Shown: in pieces, positions 48,497 to 58,083 of the stretch | How the letters are laid out: every line of letters begins with the position of its first letter | Numbering within the stretch: the stretch's first letter is position 1 | IMG/VR virus record: IMGVR_UViG_3300044676_003050 | Span: 1-62,325 of that record | Origin: a virus | Taxonomy: Duplodnaviria > Caudoviricetes | Reading direction: 5' to 3' (one strand) | DNA length: 62,325 nt | The notes under the pieces: model-generated | Databases searched by the model: none | What the model was told of the DNA's origin: nothing | Seen by the model: the letters and a program-made list of their open reading frames with translations, nothing else | Made by a program: the position numbers and the translations under genes

Positions 48497-51201
48497 TGAC
48501 TAACGAAATTAAATACTACGATACACCTTACTCTTATGTTAACCCTATTAGGTATTTCAAAGCTAACGATCCATACTACTACGAAGTTGATAATATTCCA
48601 ATCAAACAGTTAGAGGAATCTCAAAGATTTCTTAAGGATCAAGTAGATGGCATCATTACTAAACAAAACAACAAGAAAGAAATTCAAATAGATAGGTCTA
48701 ACTTTTCAGAACTTCTTCCTTACGCAACGGGAAATGATCGTAAAGTTAGAGTTAAGCCAGGAAGATATACCTCTAGGATTAATAATGCTTACAACTTAAC
48801 TCCACTTCAAGTTGTGAGACAAATAGCTGGCTTTAGTAACGGCACTGTACGCGATTCGGAAGGTGTAGAGACAATTAGTGATCTAAATACTTGGAGCGTC
48901 GAAACTAATATAGGCAACTATGTGGAGGACGTTCTGGCTGAGTTTCAGAAAGGTCTCCTTGGTGATGCTTTGAATATGAATGGTCTTGCTGAGAGAGCAT
49001 TTGTATTCCCTTTCTACGATGAAGATGGGTGGCACTTGGGTCCTGATTTTGAAAGCTTCGGCACAAGCTCCCCTGGCTACTCGCAGTTTAATAACGTGCT
49101 AGGCCCTGATGATAGACCTCTTTACCCAAACTACATCGGTGCGATATTTAAGCATAATACTCTTAATACAACTAGGGATTTAACATTAATAAAGAACGTC
49201 TACACCCCTGGTGAAAACCCCTTTGGAGGTCAGCAGGGTAGAATTGAATCTGAGTTTATTAAAAGATGGCGTGGCGCTATCAGAACATCTGTTGTGGACG
49301 TACCAGAAGAATTAGAAATTACTGTTCCAGATTTTGAGGAGATTGATTTCTTTTATTATGACTCTGCTGGAGTTCGAGTAACCTTAAATGCAAATCATAG
49401 AATTGATTTGCTTTTCATTTACTCTAAAGCTGTTGACGAAGAAGCCACTACTATACCAAAGTTTGATAGTGCTGGTCAACCTACAGTGCTTACGAGACCT
49501 ACTTTAGGTATTCTTAAAGGTGCAGGTATAGGTATGTCCAGATCGCAAGTCAATTCTGGCGGTAGTGAGGCTTTCGCTAATGATCAAGTGGGCCTTCAAA
49601 CTCTTGATGGAACTCCTATTATGCTGGCCCACCCAGGGGATGAGGCAGGTGCTACCAATGGATTCACAACTTCAGCGGGTGTAATCAAGGGCTCATTCCC
49701 TTCCCCAGATGATTTAATGAATTTGGCTCCCGCCCTTTCTGAGGGTTTAGAAACGACTGCATTCCAACTTATTGGTCAATCTATTCTCCCTGTTGCTTAT
49801 ATTCGAGTTCAGAAAGCTTCCGGTCCAATTCCTGATATCATTAATGATGAAGACATTATCGACATACGACCATTCTTTAGAACCACTGAGTTAGCTTATA
49901 ATGAGCGTGCTGGTATTGCTGCTGCTACACCGCAGGTTTCCATTGCTAACCCGGTTGTTACTGAAGCTCACTTAGAGAAGGTTAGGAAGGAAGTCTATTC
50001 TGATCTTAGAGTTAGAATTGATGGTATTTCCAACGAAAATAGAGCCGCAAGAAATAATAGCCCTACTCGTGTGATTGCTGCTGGTGATGTTCTTGGAGGT
50101 TTCTGGGGTCCTGAGGGTGCTCTTATTAAACAGGCTCGTGCAAATGCGGGAGGTGCTTTGTTTGGTGCTACAATGGGCTCACTTGCTGATTTAGTGGAAG
50201 AGAATTACGGATATCGTCCTGGCTCGCTTCCTTATTATCCGCAGTGGGACCCTGCTAGTTGGACTGCAAATTCTCAAGTTGAAAATCCAGGTACTAGGGT
50301 TTGTGATTATATTAACCTTTCTATACCATACGCAGCCGAGTTCAAAAGCACTAATGATGCTGCTAAGTATTTACCTCCTTGGAGGGGTGGTGTAAATCAA
50401 GCTCTTGAAAAGAATTTAACCCAGATTAAAGAATTAAATGATCCGGGGTATAGGCTTGCTATGTACAATTGGGGTCCTCCCACTGGCGATGGTTACCGGG
50501 CGACCGTAAGAGTGCCCAAAACCTCCGGTAACGGTTTTACTAATATCCCAGGAGCTTTAGGTGATGTAGGTCGAGATGTAGGTCAAGGTGTTCTAGATGA
50601 TATAAATGCTAGAAATCTACAAATAAACTTTGTTAGTAAACGAATAAAGTTAGACTTTGAAAGCACTCCGTGGGTAGCGGATTACCATGTAAATGTAAAT
50701 CTCTTACACTGTGCTCCTCTTTCAGACCCTAATGACGATCGTTTAAGAAATTCATCCTGTGTTTGGGTTCAAAGATTCAAAGATTACTTTGTCATTAATG
50801 TTGCTTGGGCAGGTACGAATGTGAATCAAACTCTTGCTGAAGCAAACGGGCATTTACCTTGGATTTATAGGGATGAGCCTGAGAGATTTACAGGATTCGT
50901 GCAAACCCAAATGCCGTTATTAGGTGGTTCACCTTTCCAAAACTACAGTCCGGTTACAATCGGTAGAGAGTCTTTTTTCAATGAAATTACATCCCAGCAA
51001 TCTCAAGATTTATTTAACCAAATGATGGGTGATAATCCTAATTTTAATACAAGCCCTACTTTATTTAAGGGAGCAATTCCATTGCTTTATCCTTCTGTTA
51101 CCTGGGAAGTTATTGGGATATCCGAGGAAAATGCTGCTAGATCCCACGGTAGTAACGGTCGTCTTATGGAGCAAACAGATCCTACAGTAAGGACTGTCTA
51201 A
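48496..51201 (+). CDS. Tail fibre/baseplate appendage protein (901 aa)
   Basis: N-terminal PIRYFKANDPYYYEVDNIPIKQL anchor, RIDLL, DIIDIRPF. Confidence 0.65.
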   Translation: MTNEIKYYDTPYSYVNPIRYFKANDPYYYEVDNIPIKQLEESQRFLKDQVDGIITKQNNKKEIQIDRSNFSELLPYATGNDRKVRVKPGRYTSRINNAYNLTPLQVVRQIAGFSNGTVRDSEGVETISDLNTWSVETNIGNYVEDVLAEFQKGLLGDALNMNGLAERAFVFPFYDEDGWHLGPDFESFGTSSPGYSQFNNVLGPDDRPLYPNYIGAIFKHNTLNTTRDLTLIKNVYTPGENPFGGQQGRIESEFIKRWRGAIRTSVVDVPEELEITVPDFEEIDFFYYDSAGVRVTLNANHRIDLLFIYSKAVDEEATTIPKFDSAGQPTVLTRPTLGILKGAGIGMSRSQVNSGGSEAFANDQVGLQTLDGTPIMLAHPGDEAGATNGFTTSAGVIKGSFPSPDDLMNLAPALSEGLETTAFQLIGQSILPVAYIRVQKASGPIPDIINDEDIIDIRPFFRTTELAYNERAGIAAATPQVSIANPVVTEAHLEKVRKEVYSDLRVRIDGISNENRAARNNSPTRVIAAGDVLGGFWGPEGALIKQARANAGGALFGATMGSLADLVEENYGYRPGSLPYYPQWDPASWTANSQVENPGTRVCDYINLSIPYAAEFKSTNDAAKYLPPWRGGVNQALEKNLTQIKELNDPGYRLAMYNWGPPTGDGYRATVRVPKTSGNGFTNIPGALGDVGRDVGQGVLDDINARNLQINFVSKRIKLDFESTPWVADYHVNVNLLHCAPLSDPNDDRLRNSSCVWVQRFKDYFVINVAWAGTNVNQTLAEANGHLPWIYRDEPERFTGFVQTQMPLLGGSPFQNYSPVTIGRESFFNEITSQQSQDLFNQMMGDNPNFNTSPTLFKGAIPLLYPSVTWEVIGISEENAARSHGSNGRLMEQTDPTVRTV

Positions 51202-51212
51202 ATTGAGGGAGT

Positions 51213-53975
51213 ATGCCTACTGTATTTCCGTGTGGTAGAGGTTTCGTTCCCGGCACTGTAGGGCCGGGAGCTAGTGGTCAGTTAAAGCCAGTCACGCCGG
51301 TCGTCCTTACCCCCACACCCCCTGATGACCCTGACCCTCCGTTTATAACGCCTCCTCCTTATAAGCCAACAGGAGGAGGACCCCGTCCCCCAGCCCCAGG
51401 CAGTCAAACACCGGGAAGAGAGTATCATGCTTGCGTAACTTTAAAAGTTATACCTTGTCCTGAACCTAATTCAAATATAACTGCTTTAACGATAAGAGCT
51501 TGCGTACCTTGTAAGCCTTTTTATAAAAAAAATGGACTTTTTGTAAAAGACCCTGATTGTATCAATCAATCATTAAAGCAATGTGAAGCTAAGTGTAAAA
51601 CAGTGTCGGGTATATGCCCTCCTTCGGGTCCAATCACAGGGGCAGGTACTATTCCAGGTCTAGGCACCACAGCCACCGGAGCAACTTCACAGAAATATCA
51701 ATGCCAAGAGTTAAGGTATGTTTGCCCTGGAGATGAGCAACTCCCGATAGAGCAGCAGAGATATCAAGCTATCTTTAGAGGTTGTGTTCCTGTCAATACA
51801 ACTTTAAGTGTTTCTTCAGGGGGACTACTTGCATCTAGTACGCAGCTAGGAGGACCCTATGATGGACAAGAATATCAAATATGGTTAGGCCCACCCTTTA
51901 ATGATGAGCAGAGTTGTTCAACAGTTTGCGTCCCTGTAATAGAAGAAAGGAATTGTAATGTTACTACAGGAGGTGGAGAGCCTCTCCCTGGAGTGGGTAG
52001 ACCTTTAACTCAAGCCCCCTCCGTAGGCGAGCCTAACGAACCGTCACTTAGTAATACACTTAAAATTTCTTCTACAGAAATTACTACTGCTCAAGAAAAT
52101 TTAAATGCTAATGTGATTAGTGTATCTCCAATAATTGAAGATGAAAATTACCGAGACATTCAAAGAAACATATTAAAGCCTACTTTATTTGACCCAGAGT
52201 TAAATTTCTTTGAGACAGGATCTACTGGTAAAATAAATCTGGTACCTAACAATTTAAACAGAGAGTTATTTAAATCTCAAGTTACAGAAGAAATATCAGA
52301 GATAGTTAATATTACAGAAACTAATCAATCTTGGAGTGAAACATTACTTCAAAACTTATCGGACGATCAGTTGCTGGCTAGTTTAGATCCGACGCTAGCA
52401 GATACTTTCCAATACATTAGGTTTACTGGAGGGGAACCTGTAGGTGTTTCTACAATGTTGAATGTTATACGGAAGTATATTCTAGAAGGAAGAGTTGATG
52501 AAATAGATGTAAACTTCTTTAAAAACGTAGCTGAAAATCAAATTGATGATTCCTTTGAAATTATTGAAAATCCCGACAACAAAGAATATGCTGATCGTTT
52601 GGCTATAAACTATTTAAAAAATAATTTACACACTTATCAAAACAATAAATCAACCCCATGGCAAAACTTTCAAATAAATAGAGCAAGACCTCTTAATGAA
52701 GATTTGAATATTGAAGTTGAAGTAACCACATTGAATGGTACTGTAAAAGACTTAGCAGTAGCAAACGAAGGGTTTCAGGTTGATACTATAACTGCTGTCG
52801 ATCAAATAACAGTCCCTAGTGTCGGCTCACCTAACAAAGTTAATATCGGAGATGGCGGTGGTTACTACATTGATGCGACAAACCTTGATGCCGAAGGGGT
52901 GCCTGTCTCTACTGATAATGTGCTAGATCAGGCTTACTATGCTCCTGCGGCAGTGAGGTCTAAAGTTCTTAGAATGTTAGGCGAAGATCCGGCGCTTAAG
53001 ATTACAGCAACGTCACTTACTGGTAAGCACGAGTTTGCCTCAGGCGACGCAGGCACTTCGGAAGTTAAACCTTTATTCTTCGCAGTTGACCTTAGCTCAG
53101 TTGAAGGTGATTATGTTAGTGATTCTTTAGTAGAAGAATACAGTGCTACTTATTCACTTCTAACAGCTAGTGGGGACATCCAAAGACATCTTAACAATAA
53201 CGCTTTGAACACTCCAGTCTTATCCATTGATTATCGAGATCCTATATACCGATACATACTAGACACATCTTCTTTTACACTGTCTATGAAGGATTTTAAC
53301 TTAGCTGGGTTTAAAGATAAAGCGTTATCTACTGTTGGGTCTAGGTTTGTGAGGAATATTCCCTTTGGCCTTGTCGTTACTCCTGTTGCGGGTGGTATGT
53401 TTAATCCCTTCAATGGTAACTCTACATTAGATAAGTATGGTGATAAGCATACAAGATCGTTAAAGGTTATACCTGCCACAGATCAGAGCATAGACGAAAC
53501 GCCTGCTCCAATATTTAGGTCATATAACTTGCATAATGAGGATGGTGTGGATCGTGTAGGCATCGCTGAACCAGAGGACACTCAAAATATCGGATATACA
53601 TACGTAGAAGAAGATTTTACAAAAACTTTCTATTCTTCGCGTAATCAAGAGTATGGGACTAGTTCGGCACCGGCATCTGCATACGGCACGGCATATATGC
53701 TTAGGGAAGTTATTGATTACCTATCTAATACTTACAATACGTCTACTTTAACTTGGTATGATGTGTTTAGCAGGATGCCCATAACCAGAGTAGGGGAGAT
53801 GTTCTACGATGTCAGCAGAGAGGTTATATTAGAAATTGCAAATGGGCTTAGGAACGGAATCACAATAGGGAGTATTGAATCTGGATATAATACTACGTCT
53901 AGGATCATAGCAGAGGACTCTAAGTCTACCATAAGTTTAGCTGATCGGGACGGTGTGCATACGATCAAATTATAA
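51213..53975 (+). CDS. Probable virion protein (920 aa) with Pro-rich, Cys-rich N-terminal repeats
   Basis: SD GAGGGAG; 15 Cys, all in the first ~250 aa; last gene of the baseplate cluster. Confidence 0.7.
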   Translation: MPTVFPCGRGFVPGTVGPGASGQLKPVTPVVLTPTPPDDPDPPFITPPPYKPTGGGPRPPAPGSQTPGREYHACVTLKVIPCPEPNSNITALTIRACVPCKPFYKKNGLFVKDPDCINQSLKQCEAKCKTVSGICPPSGPITGAGTIPGLGTTATGATSQKYQCQELRYVCPGDEQLPIEQQRYQAIFRGCVPVNTTLSVSSGGLLASSTQLGGPYDGQEYQIWLGPPFNDEQSCSTVCVPVIEERNCNVTTGGGEPLPGVGRPLTQAPSVGEPNEPSLSNTLKISSTEITTAQENLNANVISVSPIIEDENYRDIQRNILKPTLFDPELNFFETGSTGKINLVPNNLNRELFKSQVTEEISEIVNITETNQSWSETLLQNLSDDQLLASLDPTLADTFQYIRFTGGEPVGVSTMLNVIRKYILEGRVDEIDVNFFKNVAENQIDDSFEIIENPDNKEYADRLAINYLKNNLHTYQNNKSTPWQNFQINRARPLNEDLNIEVEVTTLNGTVKDLAVANEGFQVDTITAVDQITVPSVGSPNKVNIGDGGGYYIDATNLDAEGVPVSTDNVLDQAYYAPAAVRSKVLRMLGEDPALKITATSLTGKHEFASGDAGTSEVKPLFFAVDLSSVEGDYVSDSLVEEYSATYSLLTASGDIQRHLNNNALNTPVLSIDYRDPIYRYILDTSSFTLSMKDFNLAGFKDKALSTVGSRFVRNIPFGLVVTPVAGGMFNPFNGNSTLDKYGDKHTRSLKVIPATDQSIDETPAPIFRSYNLHNEDGVDRVGIAEPEDTQNIGYTYVEEDFTKTFYSSRNQEYGTSSAPASAYGTAYMLREVIDYLSNTYNTSTLTWYDVFSRMPITRVGEMFYDVSREVILEIANGLRNGITIGSIESGYNTTSRIIAEDSKSTISLADRDGVHTIKL

Positions 53976-53999
53976 TTTTATTGATTTTAATCTATTAAA

Positions 54000-54016
54000 C
54001 TAAATACATATACATA
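54000..54016 (+). promoter_or_regulatory. Putative late promoter CTAAATA with overlapping TACATA boxes
   Basis: AT-rich gap, followed by AGGAG SD and ATG 54032. Confidence 0.6.
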
Positions 54017-54031
54017 CAGGAGTATACTACT

Positions 54032-54397
54032 ATGCGTTACATTGATGTTAATGATGAATTTGTTGGCAAGATCCTTGCCGCTAACCAACTCGCCGCTGCG
54101 GGGACTCTGGCTGAGTCGCAAGAGGTTGAAGTTGTTGAAGAAGCTCAGGCTGACGAGCATGTCTGCCCGCTCTGCGAGTCGGAGTTAGAGCACCCGATCC
54201 CTGAGGAGAACATGCAGGAGTGTGTTGATTTCATCCTTGGTACGATCAACGAAGCCCTTGAGCAAGACGGCGAATACCTTGAAGAGTCGGAAGACGAGCT
54301 TGATGAAGCTGAGTGCGAGGATGACGACGAGGACAAGCCGAAGAAGAAGGATGACGACGACGACATGCCAGCGTTTCTGAAAAAGAAGAAGAAGTGA
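54032..54397 (+). CDS. Acidic prohead core-like protein with HVCPLC motif
   Basis: L-x-E sites (LAE, LEE, LDE), CxxC; heads the protease/scaffold/capsid cluster. Confidence 0.6.
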   Translation: MRYIDVNDEFVGKILAANQLAAAGTLAESQEVEVVEEAQADEHVCPLCESELEHPIPEENMQECVDFILGTINEALEQDGEYLEESEDELDEAECEDDDEDKPKKKDDDDDMPAFLKKKKK

Positions 54398-54408
54398 GGA
54401 TCTAAAAG

Positions 54409-54813
54409 ATGAGTGCTAGCACTAAAGATCTTTTAGCTCTGAGCGAGTCGATTCTAACAGAAACGCCTCCCGTGAAGGAGGTCGTTACTAAGTCTAAAGT
54501 TGTCGATGACGGTCTTAAAGCTGTTGTTGTTCCTAATGAGTTTGTTAATCAAATCGTTGGGTTCAATAGTGCTTTAAAGGAATCTTCGGATCCTGATAAG
54601 AAACAAGAAATGATGCCAGACTTTGAGCCTATCACTGAGGCTACAATCCTTAAGGAAAGACTTGAATCTCTGGTTGAAAACTTGAAGACGCTGTTAAGGG
54701 AAGCCAAGGAAGTTATGGAAGAGATGACTACCACTGGAATGATCGGCGTCAATTTAGCTCCTATAAAGAAAAATGGATCTCGTAAACGTAATAAAAGAAA
54801 CAAGAGCGACTAA
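54409..54813 (+). CDS. Prohead core/internal protein-like
   Basis: ILTE, LKE, ITE sites; coiled coil; EMTTTG; basic tail. Confidence 0.55.
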   Translation: MSASTKDLLALSESILTETPPVKEVVTKSKVVDDGLKAVVVPNEFVNQIVGFNSALKESSDPDKKQEMMPDFEPITEATILKERLESLVENLKTLLREAKEVMEEMTTTGMIGVNLAPIKKNGSRKRNKRNKSD

Positions 54814-55171
54814 GGCTCAAGGCTCTGCTGAAGGTAGAGCTAAGATGAAGAAGAAAGGGGCTAAGACAAAAGCGTCTAAGTCCCGCGTTAAGGTTTACGA
54901 TTCCATTACAACTGCCTTGAAACAGGGCTACGTCGGTCAGATATTCTCTACTAAGAATTCAAACCGTCTTTACGTTATTACTAAGCGTAAATGGGGTAAA
55001 GATGATGAACAAGAAGTTGGCGGTCGTGTTGCTAAGGGATTTTCCCCAGGAACAATACCTTCCAAATTCTCTGATGTTAAAAAATATGCCGTTAGAACAT
55101 TAGTTAGGCATGGTAAGCAAAAGGGCGACAAGTTCAAAAGCAAGAAGTATTGGTCGCGTAAACAAAAATAG
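54773..55171 (+). CDS. Highly basic putative internal head protein
   Basis: MDLVNVIKE leader then Lys/Arg-rich body; directly upstream of the protease. Confidence 0.6.
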   Translation: MDLVNVIKETRATKAQGSAEGRAKMKKKGAKTKASKSRVKVYDSITTALKQGYVGQIFSTKNSNRLYVITKRKWGKDDEQEVGGRVAKGFSPGTIPSKFSDVKKYAVRTLVRHGKQKGDKFKSKKYWSRKQK

Positions 55172-55179
55172 GAATTATT

Positions 55180-56955
55180 ATGTTACTCGTTGAGTGCAAT
55201 GTTTTAGAACAAGTTAAAGTTATTAAGGAAGGAAAAGAGGGTAACACTCGCCTTCGCCTGCGAGGCAAGTTTCAGCAATGCGACGAACAGAATAACAACG
55301 GTAGAATCTACCCTCGTAAGATTCTTGAAGCACAAGTTCAAGCTATCCAAGAGAAGATTGGTGACCGTTCGTTAGTTGGTGCTCTCGACCACCCAGCTAA
55401 TGATGCTATCCACCTTTCGCAAGCCTCGCACGTTATCACTGGTTTAAGTGTAGATAAGGATGGCTCGGTTATTGGTGAGTGCGAAATCCTTTCGACTCCT
55501 AACGGTAAGATTGTCGAAGCCCTGATCAACGACGGTGTGAAGATTGGTATCTCTAGCCGTGGTGTTGGTAGCGTCACGGAAGGCATCAAAGGCAAGATCG
55601 TCAACGAAGACTTCAAGCTTATCACGTTCGACCTTGTGTCGGACCCTTCCACAAGAGGTGCCTTCCCTGAGCTTACGGAGTCGATTCGTGAAAACAGTCA
55701 ACGTGCTCAGGAAATTGTGTCTAAGCATAGGAAGGAAAGAGTTCTCCTTACTATGCTTGAAAGCAAAGTGAATGAAGCTTTGAAAGGTAAGCAAAAGAAG
55801 CTTGATAAGAACAAAAACAATAAACTTGATTCTCAAGATTTCGAGATCCTCAGAAACGAATCTGAGAGTAGAGTCGCTAGACAAGCTGCTAAAATGCAAG
55901 CAAGAAAGAAAAAGATAAAAGCCAAGCAAAAGGGGGATACCGCCGCCGCTGAAGCTGCCGCCGCTCAGGAAAATCTTTTAAGCTCTACAGAGATATTAGG
56001 TAGAACAGTTGTCGAAGCTTTTAAGAAAGTTTGCTGGGGTGATCGTTATGATGAAAGATCAGAAGAAGCTAAAATGAAGAGACGGCAAAAGAAAGCTGGG
56101 GAGGAAGAATCCGCGAAGCAAGATCCTAACCTAGAGATTAAAGCGGCAACTCAACCCGAAAGAAAGGACAGGTATAATAAAGCGATGAAGAAGGGTGGTC
56201 TTGCCGGTGCTCGACGAGCCGCCGCTAGAATGGAAAGAAATAAACACTTGGAGTCCCCTAAGGTAGCAAAAGCAAAGAGGATGATCACTAAAGGAGCCAC
56301 AGGCGTTCCGCCTGGGCCAGGAGATAAGAAAAGCTCAAGAACAGCTATGAAGTATGGTTCTCAGAACTCTTCTACAGAGATATTAGGTAGAACAGTTGTC
56401 GAAGCCTTCAAGAAAGTTTGCTGGGGTGATCGTTATGATGAGGGTGAGGCTAAGGGGAGGAAGCCTGACCGACAAGATCCTAAAAAAGATTTGAAGAAAG
56501 TTACAACGGGTGTAAAGCCTATAAAAACTAAGGGTAAAGAACATCTGTACAGGGGACTTCCTAAGACGTTTAGAGGATACGGAACCTCACAAAAGGACTC
56601 GATAGAACTCTTTGGTGATATTATTTTTGAAACCTTTGCTGGGTTAGACACAGAAAAAAGGGCTAGGGATGCTGACAAAGTTACTAAGGGTCTTCGTAAG
56701 CTGATGAAGAAAGAAAAAGCATCTCCTAGAATAAAACCTGGAGGTGAAGAGGCAGCGGCTCAAAAATTAGATATACTGGGACAACATGCGCTTGCTGCGG
56801 GCACTCGCGGTGGGGCTTTCACAGATCAGTTCTCAAATAAGCCATCAGCCGCCCAAAGATTTTCAAAGCATTTTCAAAAAAGAGGTGCTCAAGGCGAGCA
56901 CGATATAGCACTTGCTAGAGGTCTTAAAAATAGAAACAGAGGTAATAAAAAATGA
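55180..56955 (+). CDS. gp21: Prohead protease (T4 gp21-like) with ~390-aa basic C-terminal extension
   Basis: G.FQ..D..N.NGR.YP, GALDHP, TPNG.I, GISSRG.GS, DF.L..FD.V.DPST..A. Confidence 0.93.
   Translation: MLLVECNVLEQVKVIKEGKEGNTRLRLRGKFQQCDEQNNNGRIYPRKILEAQVQAIQEKIGDRSLVGALDHPANDAIHLSQASHVITGLSVDKDGSVIGECEILSTPNGKIVEALINDGVKIGISSRGVGSVTEGIKGKIVNEDFKLITFDLVSDPSTRGAFPELTESIRENSQRAQEIVSKHRKERVLLTMLESKVNEALKGKQKKLDKNKNNKLDSQDFEILRNESESRVARQAAKMQARKKKIKAKQKGDTAAAEAAAAQENLLSSTEILGRTVVEAFKKVCWGDRYDERSEEAKMKRRQKKAGEEESAKQDPNLEIKAATQPERKDRYNKAMKKGGLAGARRAAARMERNKHLESPKVAKAKRMITKGATGVPPGPGDKKSSRTAMKYGSQNSSTEILGRTVVEAFKKVCWGDRYDEGEAKGRKPDRQDPKKDLKKVTTGVKPIKTKGKEHLYRGLPKTFRGYGTSQKDSIELFGDIIFETFAGLDTEKRARDADKVTKGLRKLMKKEKASPRIKPGGEEAAAQKLDILGQHALAAGTRGGAFTDQFSNKPSAAQRFSKHFQKRGAQGEHDIALARGLKNRNRGNKK
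55984..56054 (+). repeat. 71-bp direct repeat copy 1 (STEILGRTVVEAFKKVCWGDRYDE)
   Basis: 69/71 identical to 56371-56441; both differences synonymous. Confidence 0.97.
56371..56441 (+). repeat. 71-bp direct repeat copy 2
   Basis: 69/71 identical to 55984-56054. Confidence 0.97.
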
Positions 56956-57377
56956 GTGCTTTCAGAAACTACCTCAGCGAAGGTGTGGTTAAAAGTAGAA
57001 ACAAAGAAGCTAAAAGACGATTTATGGCCAACGTGGGGAAGGTGGGTCTTGCTGCCGAAAGGAGAGCCCAAGGTATAATTAAATCAAGAGGCCCCCGCGA
57101 TCAAGAAGAGAAATTAAAGAGTAGAAAAAAAGCGGAGGAAGTTGCTGCTGGTCGGGCTGTTAGACAAGGTAAACGTACAAGTGGTTACGAGCGTGATGCC
57201 AAAGTAACAAAAAGAATCTATGACGCTGGAAGACAAGCATCGGACCATGCCACAAAGCAAAACTCATCCACCACAATCGAAAGATTTGCTGATGTGATCC
57301 GAGAGCGTTGCTGGAAGGGTTACAAGCCGGTCAAAGGTAAGAAACCATACTCTAAGGGCTCTTGCAAGAAAAAATAA
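56952..57377 (+). CDS. Basic internal head protein with capsid-targeting-like leader and CWKGY motif
   Basis: 10-aa leader MSAFRNYLSE resembles the T4 internal protein leader MKTYQEFIAE; ATGA-coupled to the protease. Confidence 0.65.
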   Translation: MSAFRNYLSEGVVKSRNKEAKRRFMANVGKVGLAAERRAQGIIKSRGPRDQEEKLKSRKKAEEVAAGRAVRQGKRTSGYERDAKVTKRIYDAGRQASDHATKQNSSTTIERFADVIRERCWKGYKPVKGKKPYSKGSCKKK

Positions 57378-57402
57378 TTAGTATTAAAAATACACAACTA
57401 CC

Positions 57403-57417
57403 CTACATACCTACATA
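57403..57417 (+). promoter_or_regulatory. Tandem CTACATA boxes, putative late promoter for scaffold and capsid genes
   Basis: CTACATA c CTACATA followed by GAGG and ATG 57428. Confidence 0.5.
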
Positions 57418-57427
57418 GAGGTCAATT

Positions 57428-58081
57428 ATGTCGAACAGCAAAGATATTTTAGATTCGGTTGCCGAGTATCTGCCTGAAGGCTTAGATGAGAATACCTTGG
57501 AAAAGGTCTCTAAGCTCGTCGCAGTCATCATCGAGCAACGAGTCGAAGAGCAAGTTAGTGACCTGTCCACGAAGGTCCAATCTTTTATTCGTGGAAACAT
57601 TGAGAAGCTGAAAGAGCAAGCCCTTAAGGAGCTTGAGCTTGAAAACGAGACGTTCCGTAACGCTCAAATGTTCGAAACCGTCCGCTCGATGTTTGCTTTA
57701 GAGAACACCAACCAAGATGAAATGAATGGTATGGAAGTTCTCGCATCTCTTGGCGAGCAACAGGAAGAGAAGAACCAAGCTCTTCTGCGTCAAGTTGATA
57801 AGCTCCTCAAGGAGAACGTCAGCTTAAAGCGTCAAGCTAAGGTTGCAAACGATAAAACGCACAAGTTAGAAGAGGCTCTGCAAACTATCCATGGAGAAAT
57901 GGAAAGTCTGCAAGAATCGGCTAACGCTGAGAGGAAGCTCTCGGAAACGGCACTGGTCGTTAGTGAAGATAACTTCAAAGTGAAGGAAGCTAACGAAAAG
58001 TTAAATGAAAACCACGCTGGCCACGCGAATGAGTGGATCCATCAAGGCGTGTTAGAAAAACTCAACAGTTATAGAGGTTAA
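57428..58081 (+). CDS. gp22: Prohead scaffolding protein (gp22-like)
   Basis: Acidic coiled coil immediately upstream of the major capsid gene; LPEGL.E; L-x-E sites. Confidence 0.8.
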   Translation: MSNSKDILDSVAEYLPEGLDENTLEKVSKLVAVIIEQRVEEQVSDLSTKVQSFIRGNIEKLKEQALKELELENETFRNAQMFETVRSMFALENTNQDEMNGMEVLASLGEQQEEKNQALLRQVDKLLKENVSLKRQAKVANDKTHKLEEALQTIHGEMESLQESANAERKLSETALVVSEDNFKVKEANEKLNENHAGHANEWIHQGVLEKLNSYRG

Positions 58082-58083
58082 TT

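Noticed and set aside
52410-52445. IRFTGGEP radical-SAM-like motif in ORF 51213
   Set aside because: No CxxxCxxC motif upstream at the right distance; structural-gene context
23528-53975. Bacterial eCIS/tailocin locus
   Set aside because: Linked terminase, portal, capsid and primase show it is a phage tail module
55984-56441. CRISPR-like repeat-spacer unit
   Set aside because: Only two 71-bp copies 387 bp apart, in frame, with synonymous differences; this is a coding repeat
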